DNA of 64,000 nucleotides from Catajapyx aquilonaris (taxonomy: Eukaryota). Position 1 is the stretch's first letter. The number at the start of each line of letters is the position of its first letter. Location: positions 1 through 64,000 of the forward strand of contig KZ538498.1 of the NCBI GenBank assembly GCA_000934665.2, in the 5' to 3' direction. Positions 37,811-48,126 of this stretch are shown here, piece by piece. The notes beneath the pieces are model-generated. The model ran no database searches and was not told the DNA's origin. It saw only the letters and a list, made by a program, of their open reading frames with translations. The translations under genes were made by a program, and so were the position numbers.

Positions 37811-38213
37811 GAGGGTGTTCCAAGTTCGTGGGTCGTTTTTAGTCGTCGCTAATTTCGCCCGAAGTATAGTTATTTTTGTGTAGCTTGTTGGGCCCAGATC
37901 CAGGTTCCTCAGTACTATCAGGTGGTCGAATGTAGCAGTGGCTATAAACAAGGGGTTAACCACTCGACTGTAAAGTGTACACTGAAGTATCAAAGTCAAG
38001 GAGTACCAAGGAGTACCAAAGAGTAAGGTACCTAAGGAGTACCTGGGAGTACCACTGCAGGTGTACACCGGAGTACCGAAGTGGTTAACCCCTTGGGCTA
38101 TAGAATATGGCACCTGGATCGGGGCACAACAAGCTACAAAAAATAACAGCTTTGAGCAGAATTTCCTATAACAATAACTATTATTAAAGGCCCCACGAAC
38201 TTGAAACACCCGG
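37811..38213. mobile_element. Tc1/mariner-type MITE, family A, carrying a nested family B element
   Basis: TA|GAGGGTGTTCCAAGTTCGTGGGTCG ... CCCACGAACTTGAAACACCCGG. Homologous to the copies at 14991 and 56795. Confidence 0.85.
37949..38095. mobile_element. Family B TIR element nested in a family A MITE
   Basis: Perfect 16-bp TIR CAAGGGGTTAACCACT/AGTGGTTAACCCCTTG. The host sequence is duplicated as GGCTATAAA/GGCTATAGA, and a single copy of that site is present in the family-A element at ~15244-15252 (reverse strand). Confidence 0.85.
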
Positions 38214-38802
38214 CATATTGAGTAAAGGAAAAAATGGCTCCTATATAGGCCACGATTGACAACTGGAATCTACATAGCAGTGATTTTCCAAAAGCGGCTT
38301 ATTTTAATCAAAAACAACGGTTCGATTTCGAACAAGTCTGAACTCATCAGTTATTCAAAAAATTAAAACCTCATTTTTGAAAAACACATCATTGTAACCT
38401 CATTTTGTGCCTCAAATGAGCTTTTATTTGAAGAAAAAAGTCTAGTCATATTCCATTCGGTTTTGACCGTTTTCACTTACAACGAATTCATCGAACCGTT
38501 TATTTAGGGCGGCTCATTTGCGATGCACACAAGCACCTGACATGGGAAATACTTTGTTAAAAAAAAAATCCTGCATTTCAAAATTAGGTTCGGCCAGAAC
38601 CTGAAGGTGAAAATGCTGATGCATGTTTCATTAGTAACCCCCCAAGTTCCCTTTATGCAAACGATTCCATTTGTATCGGTGAATATCCCCTCTCCGTTCC
38701 ATCTCATTTTCCCTATATACATCCAGCCCTAGTAGGATGAGAAGAGATGCAACAAAGGGCAAGGCATCAACTCCCTCCCCCCTCCCCCTCCCCCTCCCCC
38801 CT

Positions 38803-38956
38803 NNNNNNNNNNNNNNNNNNNNNNNNNNNNNNNNNNNNNNNNNNNNNNNNNNNNNNNNNNNNNNNNNNNNNNNNNNNNNNNNNNNNNNNNNNNNNNNNNN
38901 NNNNNNNNNNNNNNNNNNNNNNNNNNNNNNNNNNNNNNNNNNNNNNNNNNNNNNNN
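38803..38956. other. Assembly gap (154 N) flanked by C-rich and G-rich tracts
   Basis: Run of N in the sequence. Confidence 0.99.
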
Positions 38957-39577
38957 GGGGGGGGGAGGGAAGGGGGAGAGAAGAGCCAATCTTTTTTTTT
39001 CTTTCTGAAAAATCAGTAAAATTAGTCACAATTTGTATTCCAAATTTTGGAGATCCTGGGATCCCCACCCTATATTCTCTACGTATAGACTGCGTTTCAA
39101 TTGAAGCACTAGTCACAATGGATCTGAACCAAATCTGCTTTTTCTTCTCCTCATAACATCAGGGTCCCCTACATGGTTGCCTCCCCCACCCTAACCAGGG
39201 TATTGTCTTCACGTAGTCCTTATGCAATCTAGCTCCAATATGGCCGCCCCATGCTGCAGGATAGGGAATTGGCAAGCGATTAGTTTTTGTTTTTTTCAAT
39301 TGTTTTTTTTCACTGCATGTAGCTTCTATCTGACTTAGCTCCAATACGGCGGAGAGACAATACCCTGTCTAGGTGGGGGAGGCACTCATGTAGGTGACCC
39401 TGCATAACATAACCTGATTATACATGTTCATATGATCGTACGGGATTAAAATATAAAATGCTATGGTAGCAGAATTTATTGACAATTATAAAAATTTCCA
39501 AGGAAATTGGGATGTTTTACGAGCCTTTTTAATATAAAAATGAGTCCCCCCCCCCCCCACCACTGCACTAACTAAGG

Positions 39578-39807
39578 CAGTGCTTCCCAAACTTTGGGTC
39601 GCGACCCCATTTGGGGTCGCGAAAATAATATTTGGGGTCGCGAGGGAGGGTAACTTATTTTCACAAAATGATGCTATCTTTCTTGAAAATCATGACCATA
39701 AGGTAAAGGTCATGTTTACCTGTCTTTTCATGTTGGCAGATCGAAATGTGCAAATTTTACGAGACGATTTTTTTGGGGTCGCCAACGAAAGAAATTGGGA
39801 AGGACTG
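39578..39807. mobile_element. hAT/Charlie-like MITE
   Basis: CAGTGCTTCCCAA ... TTGGGAAGGACTG with a perfect 8-bp TSD AACTAAGG on both sides, plus GGGGTCGC subterminal repeats. Confidence 0.88.
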
Positions 39808-39924
39808 AACTAAGGGTTACAGAGTGCAGCCCATAACAATGTTTACTTGTAATCTACAGTACAATTACATTGATTTTGTAATAATAAAAAATCCAACAAA
39901 CTGATGTAAATAAATAAATAATTG

Positions 39925-40160
39925 CAAAGTGTTCCTTTGTCCAAGTTAATGATACCACCAGCTGGTGCTGGGGAGAGTAGTTGATGGATTAGTCACTCCC
40001 AGTCCGCATTCGAACTACAGTCCATGCTAGGCACTAGGTTTGAGTCGACACCTTTTTTGCATGCGGGAGACTGTTTATATCGTCAGGGGGACTGACTAAT
40101 CCATCAACTCTCCCTAGGGCCAGATGGCATCATGGGCAACTTGGGCAGAGGAACACCCTG
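39925..40160. mobile_element. Tc1/mariner-type MITE (CAGGGTG end), diverged
   Basis: Right end AACTTGGGCAGAGGAACACCCTG|TA pairs with left CAAAGTGTTCCTTTGTCCAAGTT. Inner arms GTTGATGGATTAGTCA/TGACTAATCCATCAAC. Confidence 0.75.
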
Positions 40161-40999
40161 TATATGGTTCAAACCAGTGTTGCAAGGCGGGACTAACGAG
40201 GAATCGATTGCAATGTGTATTTTTTTTAATTAACGCGGGGGTCTCTGGGCTATTTTCACGCATTTTACTCTTTCGTAGTCGTTAGGCAGCCAATGGTCAG
40301 GCTATTGCAGTCAATTCAAATGAATTCCAAATGATGCTATTTTTTTCCCCCCATCCTACACTGCATGCAGATCGGTTCGTTTCTAGCGGTTAACTGCTTT
40401 TGCAACGGGCCATTTCCTTTTGGTGATGCTGTGTATGTTGATCTCTGCTGTTGTTTTTTCAAACGCGCATTTTTAGGTAAACCATTTGCTCCGATATTGC
40501 TCCTGTTGAAGTCAGCTAAACCATGAGTTTATAATGCTATGAGTAAGCAATGCCTTGTCCTCTGTGAAAAACTGCAAAGTGGTTTGCATTTCACTAAGAG
40601 ATGACAGAGGGTTGTAACGACCATTTTCCTCAGCCCTGATAATCTGTTGCAGCTGTTATGGTTCCGAGGGTAGTTGTAGACAATGATGCGACCAGGTGTT
40701 TCAGATTCAACAATAAGTTTTCCAGAAACGTATGATTACCGCGCTTGAGGAATCGCGAAAAGTTACGGTTTGTACTAAAACGTAACTAGGGCATGATGTC
40801 TTCTGGTGGAATCGGATGCAATATATTGGACGACAATGGTTCGAACAAAGTGGTATGACATTGCCGACTTCTGACATACTTTGCCGAGAAGCTTTTATCC
40901 TTCTTCTAGAGATCTACTAACAAAATCATATCTTCCAGTTTGTGCGAATTTACCATGGGACCTAGTCGTTACGTCCCATATAAGCTTATCGTGGAAGTA

Positions 41000-41150
41000 C
41001 AGTGCTGGCCATATATGGAGGCAACGACTAGAGACATTTTTCCGAAACGGCAGAAGAAGGAATCTTGCTCGCCCGGCTTGTAGCCGATTCCTTCTTCTGC
41101 CGCTTCGGGAAAATGTCGCTAGTCGTTGCCTCCATATATGGCCAGCACTG
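41000..41150. mobile_element. Tc1/mariner-type palindromic MITE
   Basis: TA|CAGTGCTGGCCATATATGGAGGCAACGACTAG ... CTAGTCGTTGCCTCCATATATGGCCAGCACTG|TA, arms ~65 bp. Confidence 0.9.
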
Positions 41151-41152
41151 TA

Positions 41153-41362
41153 CAGTCGGCTCAAGGAGTAAGTTGCCAGACCCCTATTTTGAAATTAGCC
41201 TCCAACAGAGGTGCTGCCTAGGGGAGTGAGATTTATTGTATCTTTGGGAAGAACAGAGGTGCTGCTTCCCAAAGATACAATAAATCTCACTCCCCTAGGC
41301 AGCACCTCTGTTGGAGGCTAATTTCAAAATAGGGGTCTGGCAACTTACTCCTTGAGCCGACT
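41153..41362. mobile_element. Palindromic MITE with perfect 98-bp arms, sharing a TA with the preceding element
   Basis: 41154-41251 is the exact reverse complement of 41265-41362, with a 13-nt loop. The element begins TA|CAGTCGGC. Confidence 0.88.
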
Positions 41363-42389
41363 ACTGTCCAGATGTACTGTAAGCTGAGTGCAATACTCCT
41401 GCATAGGTTTCGAACACCCGTCATCTAGGAATAAATTATGTCTAGTTAAAACTGAACTAGCCCTCGTTACCATAAATACTCCACACATTTTTAATGACTC
41501 TGCTACCTTTGTTCTGGCCGACACTATATCAGAAACCCTAGTCATTTTTGTCACGAAACTTTCAACACTTTCGCCCTATCGCGTTTCCCGATCACTGTTG
41601 ACTTAATCAGAATAAACCGCCAGATAATCCATCAATCTTCATGTTCCATCTGGTTTTCTGTCTTCTTCTTCTTTTTTTTTGCTCCAAGGTTTCCGTTCCA
41701 GATCGATCCAATCCGAAACCACTCCTCCTTTTACCACCAGCCCTCATCCCCACCCAGTTTGCCTCCCAGAAAATCACAGTAAGGTGTTTGAGATGTGCTG
41801 TAAGCCCTCAAGAAGATTACCGTTCAGGGAGGTCCCAACATCTGAAGAAGGATTGAGAGACAACATTGGCTTGGTCCAATGACGGACTTGTGCAAGTTTT
41901 TTTTTTTTAAAAAAAAAAAAAAGATGGAGTTGTATCGTTTTTAAGTCCCTGACGTCTTGTGGAAGTGGGAGACCCAGAGAAAGGGTTGCATAAGCCAAAG
42001 CTCCGGATTTCCTGGGGAAAAAAGGGTGAAAGGGAGGCGAAAAAGACGCCCCCAAATCCCCCACTCAGTTTACAAGAAAAGGGGGAAAGCGGGGAAAAGG
42101 GGTTGGGGAGGAAGCGAAAACAAGGTGGNGGGGGGTTGGATTTTTGTGGAAAAAGCTCAAGTGCAATTTCGTGTCCCCGGGAAGAAGGTTGAATTATTTT
42201 CCTTTAATCCGGAGGAGTCAGAGAGGGAACCGAAAGGCTCCCCATTTTAGTGGCTGGTCGAACTCCAGCTCGGCCCAAAGCGACACCTCGCCGCCATTGA
42301 ACATTTGCTCAATTACGTCACACACTACAAAAAAATATCAAGTACTATGAGAATTGCAACTATCCATTGACATGTCGACAGAGCGGGGC

Positions 42390-42551
42390 TGGGGCTGTGC
42401 GATATCCCGATTCCATATCGAAAATCGATAGTATAAATATCGATATCTCCATAATTTCATATCACAAATTGCAACATGAAATACCGAATATCGATATTGC
42501 CAACCAATTTTGACAATGTAATATTTCTGCCTACATATTCACCAGGCCCTC
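42390..42551. mobile_element. Degenerate hAT-like MITE (GGGCTGTGCGATAT end, ATATCGAT repeats)
   Basis: TGGGGCTGTGCGATATC start, multiple ATATCG/CGATAT motifs, degenerate CAGGCCCT end; no clean TSD. Confidence 0.4.
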
Positions 42552-42626
42552 TGACGGGGTCAATAAATAAACAATAAATAAATAATCAACCATGATACGT
42601 ATTTCCCTGCTGTAATAGTCAAAATA

Positions 42627-42777
42627 TAGTAAAACTTTTATAAGTCGAATCTCCATAGGACCGGAAAAAAACTTCGAGTTATAGAAATTCGAGTTAGAGA
42701 AGTTTATTTCCTATTCTTTTACATTGTGACCAACCAAGATCATCATTTTCTTTGACTTACAGAGAACTTCGACTTAT
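42627..42777 (+). mobile_element. Tigger/pogo-like MITE fragment
   Basis: TA|TAGTAAAACTTTTATAAGTCGAA start and repeated TTCGAGTTA/TTCGACTTA motifs. Interrupted at 42778 by a CCTCCTGA..TCAGGAGG element like the one at 46398. Confidence 0.5.
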
Positions 42778-44155
42778 CCTCCTGAAGCCCAGAATTTTGT
42801 TTCAAAATTTTTATTATTATTATTTAAAAAAATAATAATTAAATTTTAAAACCCAATGGCTAGAGGGCTGTACGCCCCGTCAGGAGGTTGAAGTTTTTCT
42901 GATGAAGACGATGTTATTCCCAACTAGGAGCTAAACATTACACACTATTACACAGATTGGAAAAGGTACCATACAAAAATGAGGCATTGGGGGTCAGTTG
43001 CCCCCCACCTCACTAACTAGGGGTTAAATGAATAGGAGACACTGAAAGTTCGATTTGATTGGTAGTTTTAAATATAATATCAATGGTGCAATATTAAGGC
43101 AACATCGGTCGTGTTGAAATATTGTAACGCCCTACTCTTGACTACATTTCGCTCTTTTTTTTCCAAAAAAAGCAAATGAAATTCAGTGGTGGCCGGAAAA
43201 GACAACCTTGCCGAACGTGGTGCATAAACAGAAAATTGCATTACCACGCGCTTCCTCTCCAAAAGACAAGATATCCTTTCCCTTCCTCGTTTTCCAGATC
43301 AATATTCCGCATCATAAAGGTGTTTTTCGCAGAACGTGAAGCGAAAATAGTCGCTTCCTAGGAACAAGAAATTACTTTTTCACCGCCTACGACCCCCCGT
43401 CAAACCTTTACATACAACCCAACCCCTAGAGTGAAAAGCATCAACCCGCTTAATTAACGTGGCTTTGAGGTGTGCAAAAATCGTATTGCAGTAATACGAG
43501 TCAAATTCGCCAAAAAAAAAAGCAAAAGGATATTCGAGCAGTGTCCGTGACTACCTTTTCACCTGACGGAACACGTCGGAATAAATCCCCTTTACCTTCA
43601 TCATCACGTGAATATTGCAAGCCCTCTAACCTATTCCCCACCTCAGAAACAGTCTCCTTTTTGCCTACTAACGGCCACAGCTCACGCGAGAAATTAATAG
43701 CTTCTCTATCACACACACCGTCTATCAGACACATGTCCAGTCCATCACACGTTTTTATATGCATTCTAGGAAGAAAAAAAAAATTACTGATCAGTTTAGG
43801 TATGTACGTTTTTCTGGGTTTTTTATAGGGTAGATTCCAAGGAGGGGGAAGGTAGGGGGTATTAAATATGGAGGGGGTGGAGTACCGCCAATAATTTCTC
43901 GTGCACTCTTTGGCCGGGCGCCTGCGAGTCCCTTTCATGTCCATTCCAGCTCGTGTCAAACACGAAGCCGACATATTTCATTCTTAGCCCTCCACTCGAA
44001 CCGTGTAATTTATTTTTATCCTCTAGCCGATGCCAATCTCGACATGCAAATCTGGCGTTTAATTTCTCAGAACTCTCTGCGGCTGGGAAACAAACGCTTC
44101 CTCTCTCCTTTTTTTTTTGACAATGCAACGTATGCCCGATGTACAGTACCAGGTA

Positions 44156-44293
44156 CTATCGGGTTCAAATACTTTTGGCCACTTTATCCTGGTCTTGAAG
44201 CAACCCTTCACACACACCTCCTTAACGTGGGGTCTGTGCGAAGGGTTGCTTCAAGAACAGGATAAAGTGGTCAAAAGTATTTGAACCCGATAG
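44156..44293. mobile_element. Palindromic MITE, family C (TA TSD)
   Basis: TA|CTATCGGGTTCAAATACTTTTGGCCACTTTATCCTG ... CAGGATAAAGTGGTCAAAAGTATTTGAACCCGATAG|TA. Confidence 0.87.
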
Positions 44294-44373
44294 TACAGCT
44301 AACAGGATGAAGGTACTGTAGAGCTGGATCAGGTTTATCCTGAAAGGTAGGCTACCCACACCACATCGAGGTA

Positions 44374-44586
44374 CACTCTTAACCATTTACCTTCTCTAGA
44401 GAGGGTAAGAAAGTGGCCATTTTTACCTTACATTGTAGGGTAAATATTCTTGGGTAAATTGATTCTAAGGTAAATTTTGCATGTATTACCTTAGAAAATA
44501 GAGGGTAAAAAAAGAGGCCCTTTTTACCCTCTGTAAAAAATGGCCACTTTCTTACCCTCTCTAGAGAAGATAAATGGTTAAGAGTG
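44374..44586. mobile_element. CACT-ended (CMC/EnSpm-like) MITE nested in an older palindrome (44332-44618)
   Basis: TA|CACTCTTAACCATTTACCTTCTCTAGAGAGGGTAAGAAAGTGGCCATTTTT ... AAAAATGGCCACTTTCTTACCCTCTCTAGAGAAGATAAATGGTTAAGAGTG|TA, with internal TTACC/GGTAA repeats. Host arms GTTTATCCTGAA../..TTCAGGATAAAC. Confidence 0.82.
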
Positions 44587-45718
44587 TAAGGTGGGTGGAC
44601 TATCGTTCAGGATAAACAATTTTTCTCAAATACTTCATGTAACAATGACAGCTTAAAAAAATTTCTGGCCATTTCTCATGACTATCTGTGATTGAATCCT
44701 AATTAAAAATTGAAAAGGGCTGTCCAATTATAACAGTTCCCCCATCATCGTGTAGATGTTGGGCACCATTTTGAGTAGGATCTGTCACGAACCTCACTTC
44801 CCAGTCCTGACTCTCATGGGGACAATCTTTCCTTATCGACCGATACCTGTCACCACGTGGCGTTATGAATAAGTTAAAAAACCGCATTTATGACAACCCA
44901 CGCACCAAACCCCCTCCACCCCCTCCTTTCATTCCCTCTTCGAAGATCTGATACGCAGATAGGACTAGTTATTGCGGCAATAAAAAAACGAGAGCTTATT
45001 TCAAGTTCCACGTGCATGACTTTAACAACGACAGATGTGCAGAAAAAAAGTGAGTTTCTTGCTAGATTACAAGCCATTTATTTATTTCCCGGAATGAGAC
45101 TAGTTTGACTCACAGGTAATTCAGGTTCTACAAGAAGATTGAAAATTTAATTAGGACCAGACGGGAAGGAGCAAAAATTTATGTCGAGGATTCATATTTA
45201 GACTTTCCCTGATGACTAAAGTTAGACTAGGCCCCCTGCAGAAGGAAATTATTCCTTCCCCTGAGCATATACGCCTAACGTCTGCTAAAATATTCTTCCT
45301 ACATACCGAAACAAAGAGCACAGAATATTGGTCGGTACGGTATAACACACAGTTACACCATTACAAATGTTTCTTTAAAAAAATTATGCCCTACAAAATT
45401 GAAAGGAGCATGTTGATTTTAAAAAAATTTGAGCCAGGTACGATATTTCGTAAGCCTATATGTTTAGCTTATTCCTTCGTTTCTTGGACAGTCCTGCTAA
45501 ACATTTTCTGTGGGTAGTAAGTGAAACCATGCGCTCTCAAAGTGCATGGTTCCAAAAATGTTTTGATAAACATTGGGTTTGTGTGCTATGATAGCTGAAT
45601 ATATTTGCTATCATCTTCTATTTTTTGGTAAAATTATTTGCAAAGGTACTCCAAGAGGTACTTTTGCAGAATAGCTCTGTACGCTTTCAGAAAAACAGCA
45701 GATAAAATAACAAAACTG

Positions 45719-45946
45719 ACCGAAGCAGTGGTGGCGGAGGGGATATGGTATCCGACTGCTAATCGGGAGGTCCTGGGTTAGAATCCCGGTGCCGGCAACT
45801 CTAACCGTGGTTTTCTGTGGTTTCCCACGGTTCCTCCAGGAGAATTCCGGAGTTGTTTCCTAAACTAATAGGCCACAGCCGCCTCCTTCCTTTCCTATCC
45901 TATCCCAAAAAGCGCAGTAAAAAACGAAACGAAAAGTTCCAGTCTA
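45719..45946 (+). mobile_element. tRNA-derived SINE-1 copy, 3'-truncated where a MITE begins
   Basis: ACCGAAGCAGTGGTGGCGGAGGGGATATGG..GGTCCTGGGTTAGAATCCCGG plus the central domain. Colinear with the 63404 copy up to AGTTCCAG. Confidence 0.85.
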
Positions 45947-45950
45947 TATA

Positions 45951-46392
45951 CAGGGTGTATCGGAACTCTACCATAAGCCATAATTATGCCAATGGCGTAA
46001 TGGTCAGCAGATGATCATTTACAGTATCGGAATCATAGGCCTGGGCCGCCGCATGACCGAGATAATTGACCTCAACCAATAGGTATAAAATATCCTGGCA
46101 GGTATGCAAACCTTCAGCCGCCAATCGCATCACAGGTGAAGGTCGCAGCTATTTTCTGGGGGGCTACTGCCACACTGCTATTGGGGTAGTCACTAAGGGC
46201 TCTTAGAATGCAGTTCCCCCCAGATGCACTGCTATTCTACAATCATGCTTAAGCGCAATAGCTACTTCGCAAATGATCAATTATCTACGTGATGTGGCTG
46301 CCTAGACATGATGACCCCTCTACATATAATGATGCTCTGGTGCCCCTTATGCCATTGGTACATGGCTTATGGTAGAGTTCCGATACACCCTG
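45951..46392. mobile_element. Tc1/mariner-type MITE
   Basis: TA|CAGGGTGTATCGGAACTCTACCATAAGCCAT ... ATGGCTTATGGTAGAGTTCCGATACACCCTG|TA: perfect terminal 31 bp. Confidence 0.9.
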
Positions 46393-46397
46393 TATAA

Positions 46398-46515
46398 CCT
46401 CCTGAGACCCCTAGTACACCTTTCAATCACCTTTGTTTTTTTTACGCGTTTGAGTTAGTCAGAAGGTGCTGGAAAAAACAAAGGTACAGTATACTGTACC
46501 AGGGGTCTCAGGAGG
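46398..46515. mobile_element. piggyBac-like MITE with an ATAA target duplication
   Basis: ATAA|CCTCCTGAGACCCCTAGTACA ... TGTACCAGGGGTCTCAGGAGG|ATAA: CC..GG ends and a 4-bp TSD. Confidence 0.75.
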
Positions 46516-46662
46516 ATAACAAAACTGTGCTGTTAACTCCCCAGCGAAACAAAACACTGAGCTGAACCTGATGCGCACATACAATACGAACTGCGTAACA
46601 TTTGGTATCAAAATACAGTCTAAAAATCTACAATCGTTTCTCCACTTCTTCCTCAACCGGGA

Positions 46663-46667
<5 letters not shown>

Positions 46668-46712
<45 letters not shown>
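46668..46712. repeat. (AG)n microsatellite, ~22 units
   Basis: Directly visible. Confidence 0.97.
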
Positions 46713-46715
<3 letters not shown>

Positions 46716-47751
46716 TAAAACAAAGCTTTTAAAAAGTGGAAAAACAAGTCCCATCTCCAAACCCTGACAGGACAGAAGTTTCCGGGTTGGCACAAAAAGC
46801 ACTTCTTCAGAGGGAATCCGGGTCTGAGCCCGTCATTCACGTTTCAAGTTTGTTCAAAACCCTCAAGAATAAGCACCCGTTCCCCCCTTTTCCAAAATGT
46901 CTCCTGCCTACACCATAGTGCAAAACCTGCCCCGAGTTAAGTGTTTAATAAATAAGTAATGTTCAGACTCAAATGCAAATCCATCACACCTTTCAAAAAC
47001 ATGTTAAAAATTCATCATTTTGTACGTCACTAAGATGCGCTGAGTTATAAAGCTTATTACACTTTATTACATTTTCTAGTCTGTTCATCAAGGAGTCAGT
47101 ATACATCATTGCACAATATTTCCTATCAGATTTATTCAAATCGCTCCAGTTTTTTTTTCACTTTTGAGGATCTGAAGCTTTCATAATATTCTTTGGGCTG
47201 TCGCAGCCACCAACTATTTAAACTTAACCTATTATATTCAAGGGGGTGGGGGGAAAAAATGGAAAAATTTCTTGCGTTATAGAAAACTGCAGCTAATCTC
47301 CCAAGAAGATCCCATGAGATCCCGTATAATTAAATTTCTTTCACCCCGCCAGAAATTTCATTTCCTGGGAGTCCCAGAAGCCTATTTGGGGATTTTTCTC
47401 TCTTCCACCCCTCACCCCCCCCCCCCTTTTCCCCATCCTTCCCAGACCTTAGAACCTCCACTACCTCTTCTTCTGCCAACGCCACACGGGCAGGATTAAC
47501 CCGGGTCATTTTTAGCCCAAATTGCGTGCGTTATTTATCTCTAGGGTAAGATTCCAGTTCTATTATAAATCTATGTGCTGCTGGCTGGAATATTAATCAA
47601 CAAAAAAAAAAATACTCCGGAAAATGTCCAAGTTGACTTTCTGTGTATGTGCTCTTGGTTTTTTTGAACATTTTGGAACTGATCAGTTCTGATGACAAGA
47701 ATAGTTAAAACTATGTGAAATAAGTTCATGCAACGGTCTCCTTTTTAAAAA

Positions 47752-48126
47752 TAGATATACCCCGTGCTAGAGCCATGGGCTCTCTTAGGGGAGTGGAATA
47801 CCACTATGTGCAGGGATAGGGTAGGGATGGGAGGGGAGGACACTGGTGCATGTGCAATGTCATCAAGTTGGGGGTCGTGTGCAGTCCCTTCAGGGGGCCC
47901 GTTCGCCAAGATGATGCGAGCCAGAAACCCCCACTGACCCGCACCTCCTCCAGGGCAGGGAAAGGAAGGAAGCGGCTGTGGCCTATTTTACGGTACGATC
48001 CCGGAAATTTTTCCTGGAGTGACCTTGGAAAACCACAGGTCAGGACCGCCGGCCTCCGGGACTCGAACCCAGGACCTCCCGATTAGCAGTCGGACACCAT
48101 ATCCACTTCACCACTACTGCTTCGGT
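47752..48126 (-). mobile_element. tRNA-derived SINE-1, long-body variant
   Basis: The reverse complement begins ACCGAAGCAGTAGTGGTGAAGTGGATATGG with B-box GGTTCGAGTCCC and the central domain. An extra body segment precedes the shared 3' end CCCCTAAGAGAGCCCATGGCTCTAGCACGGGG. Confidence 0.85.

Noticed and set aside
38770..38985. C-rich and G-rich flanks of the gap as a biological inverted repeat
   Set aside because: Low-complexity tracts at contig ends are a common cause of assembly breaks, and the gap content is unknown.
40918..40938. Resemblance of minus-strand TGGAAGATATGATTTTGTT to miR-7
   Set aside because: It needs two deletions, one at the seed boundary, and I saw no precursor hairpin; it is most likely chance.
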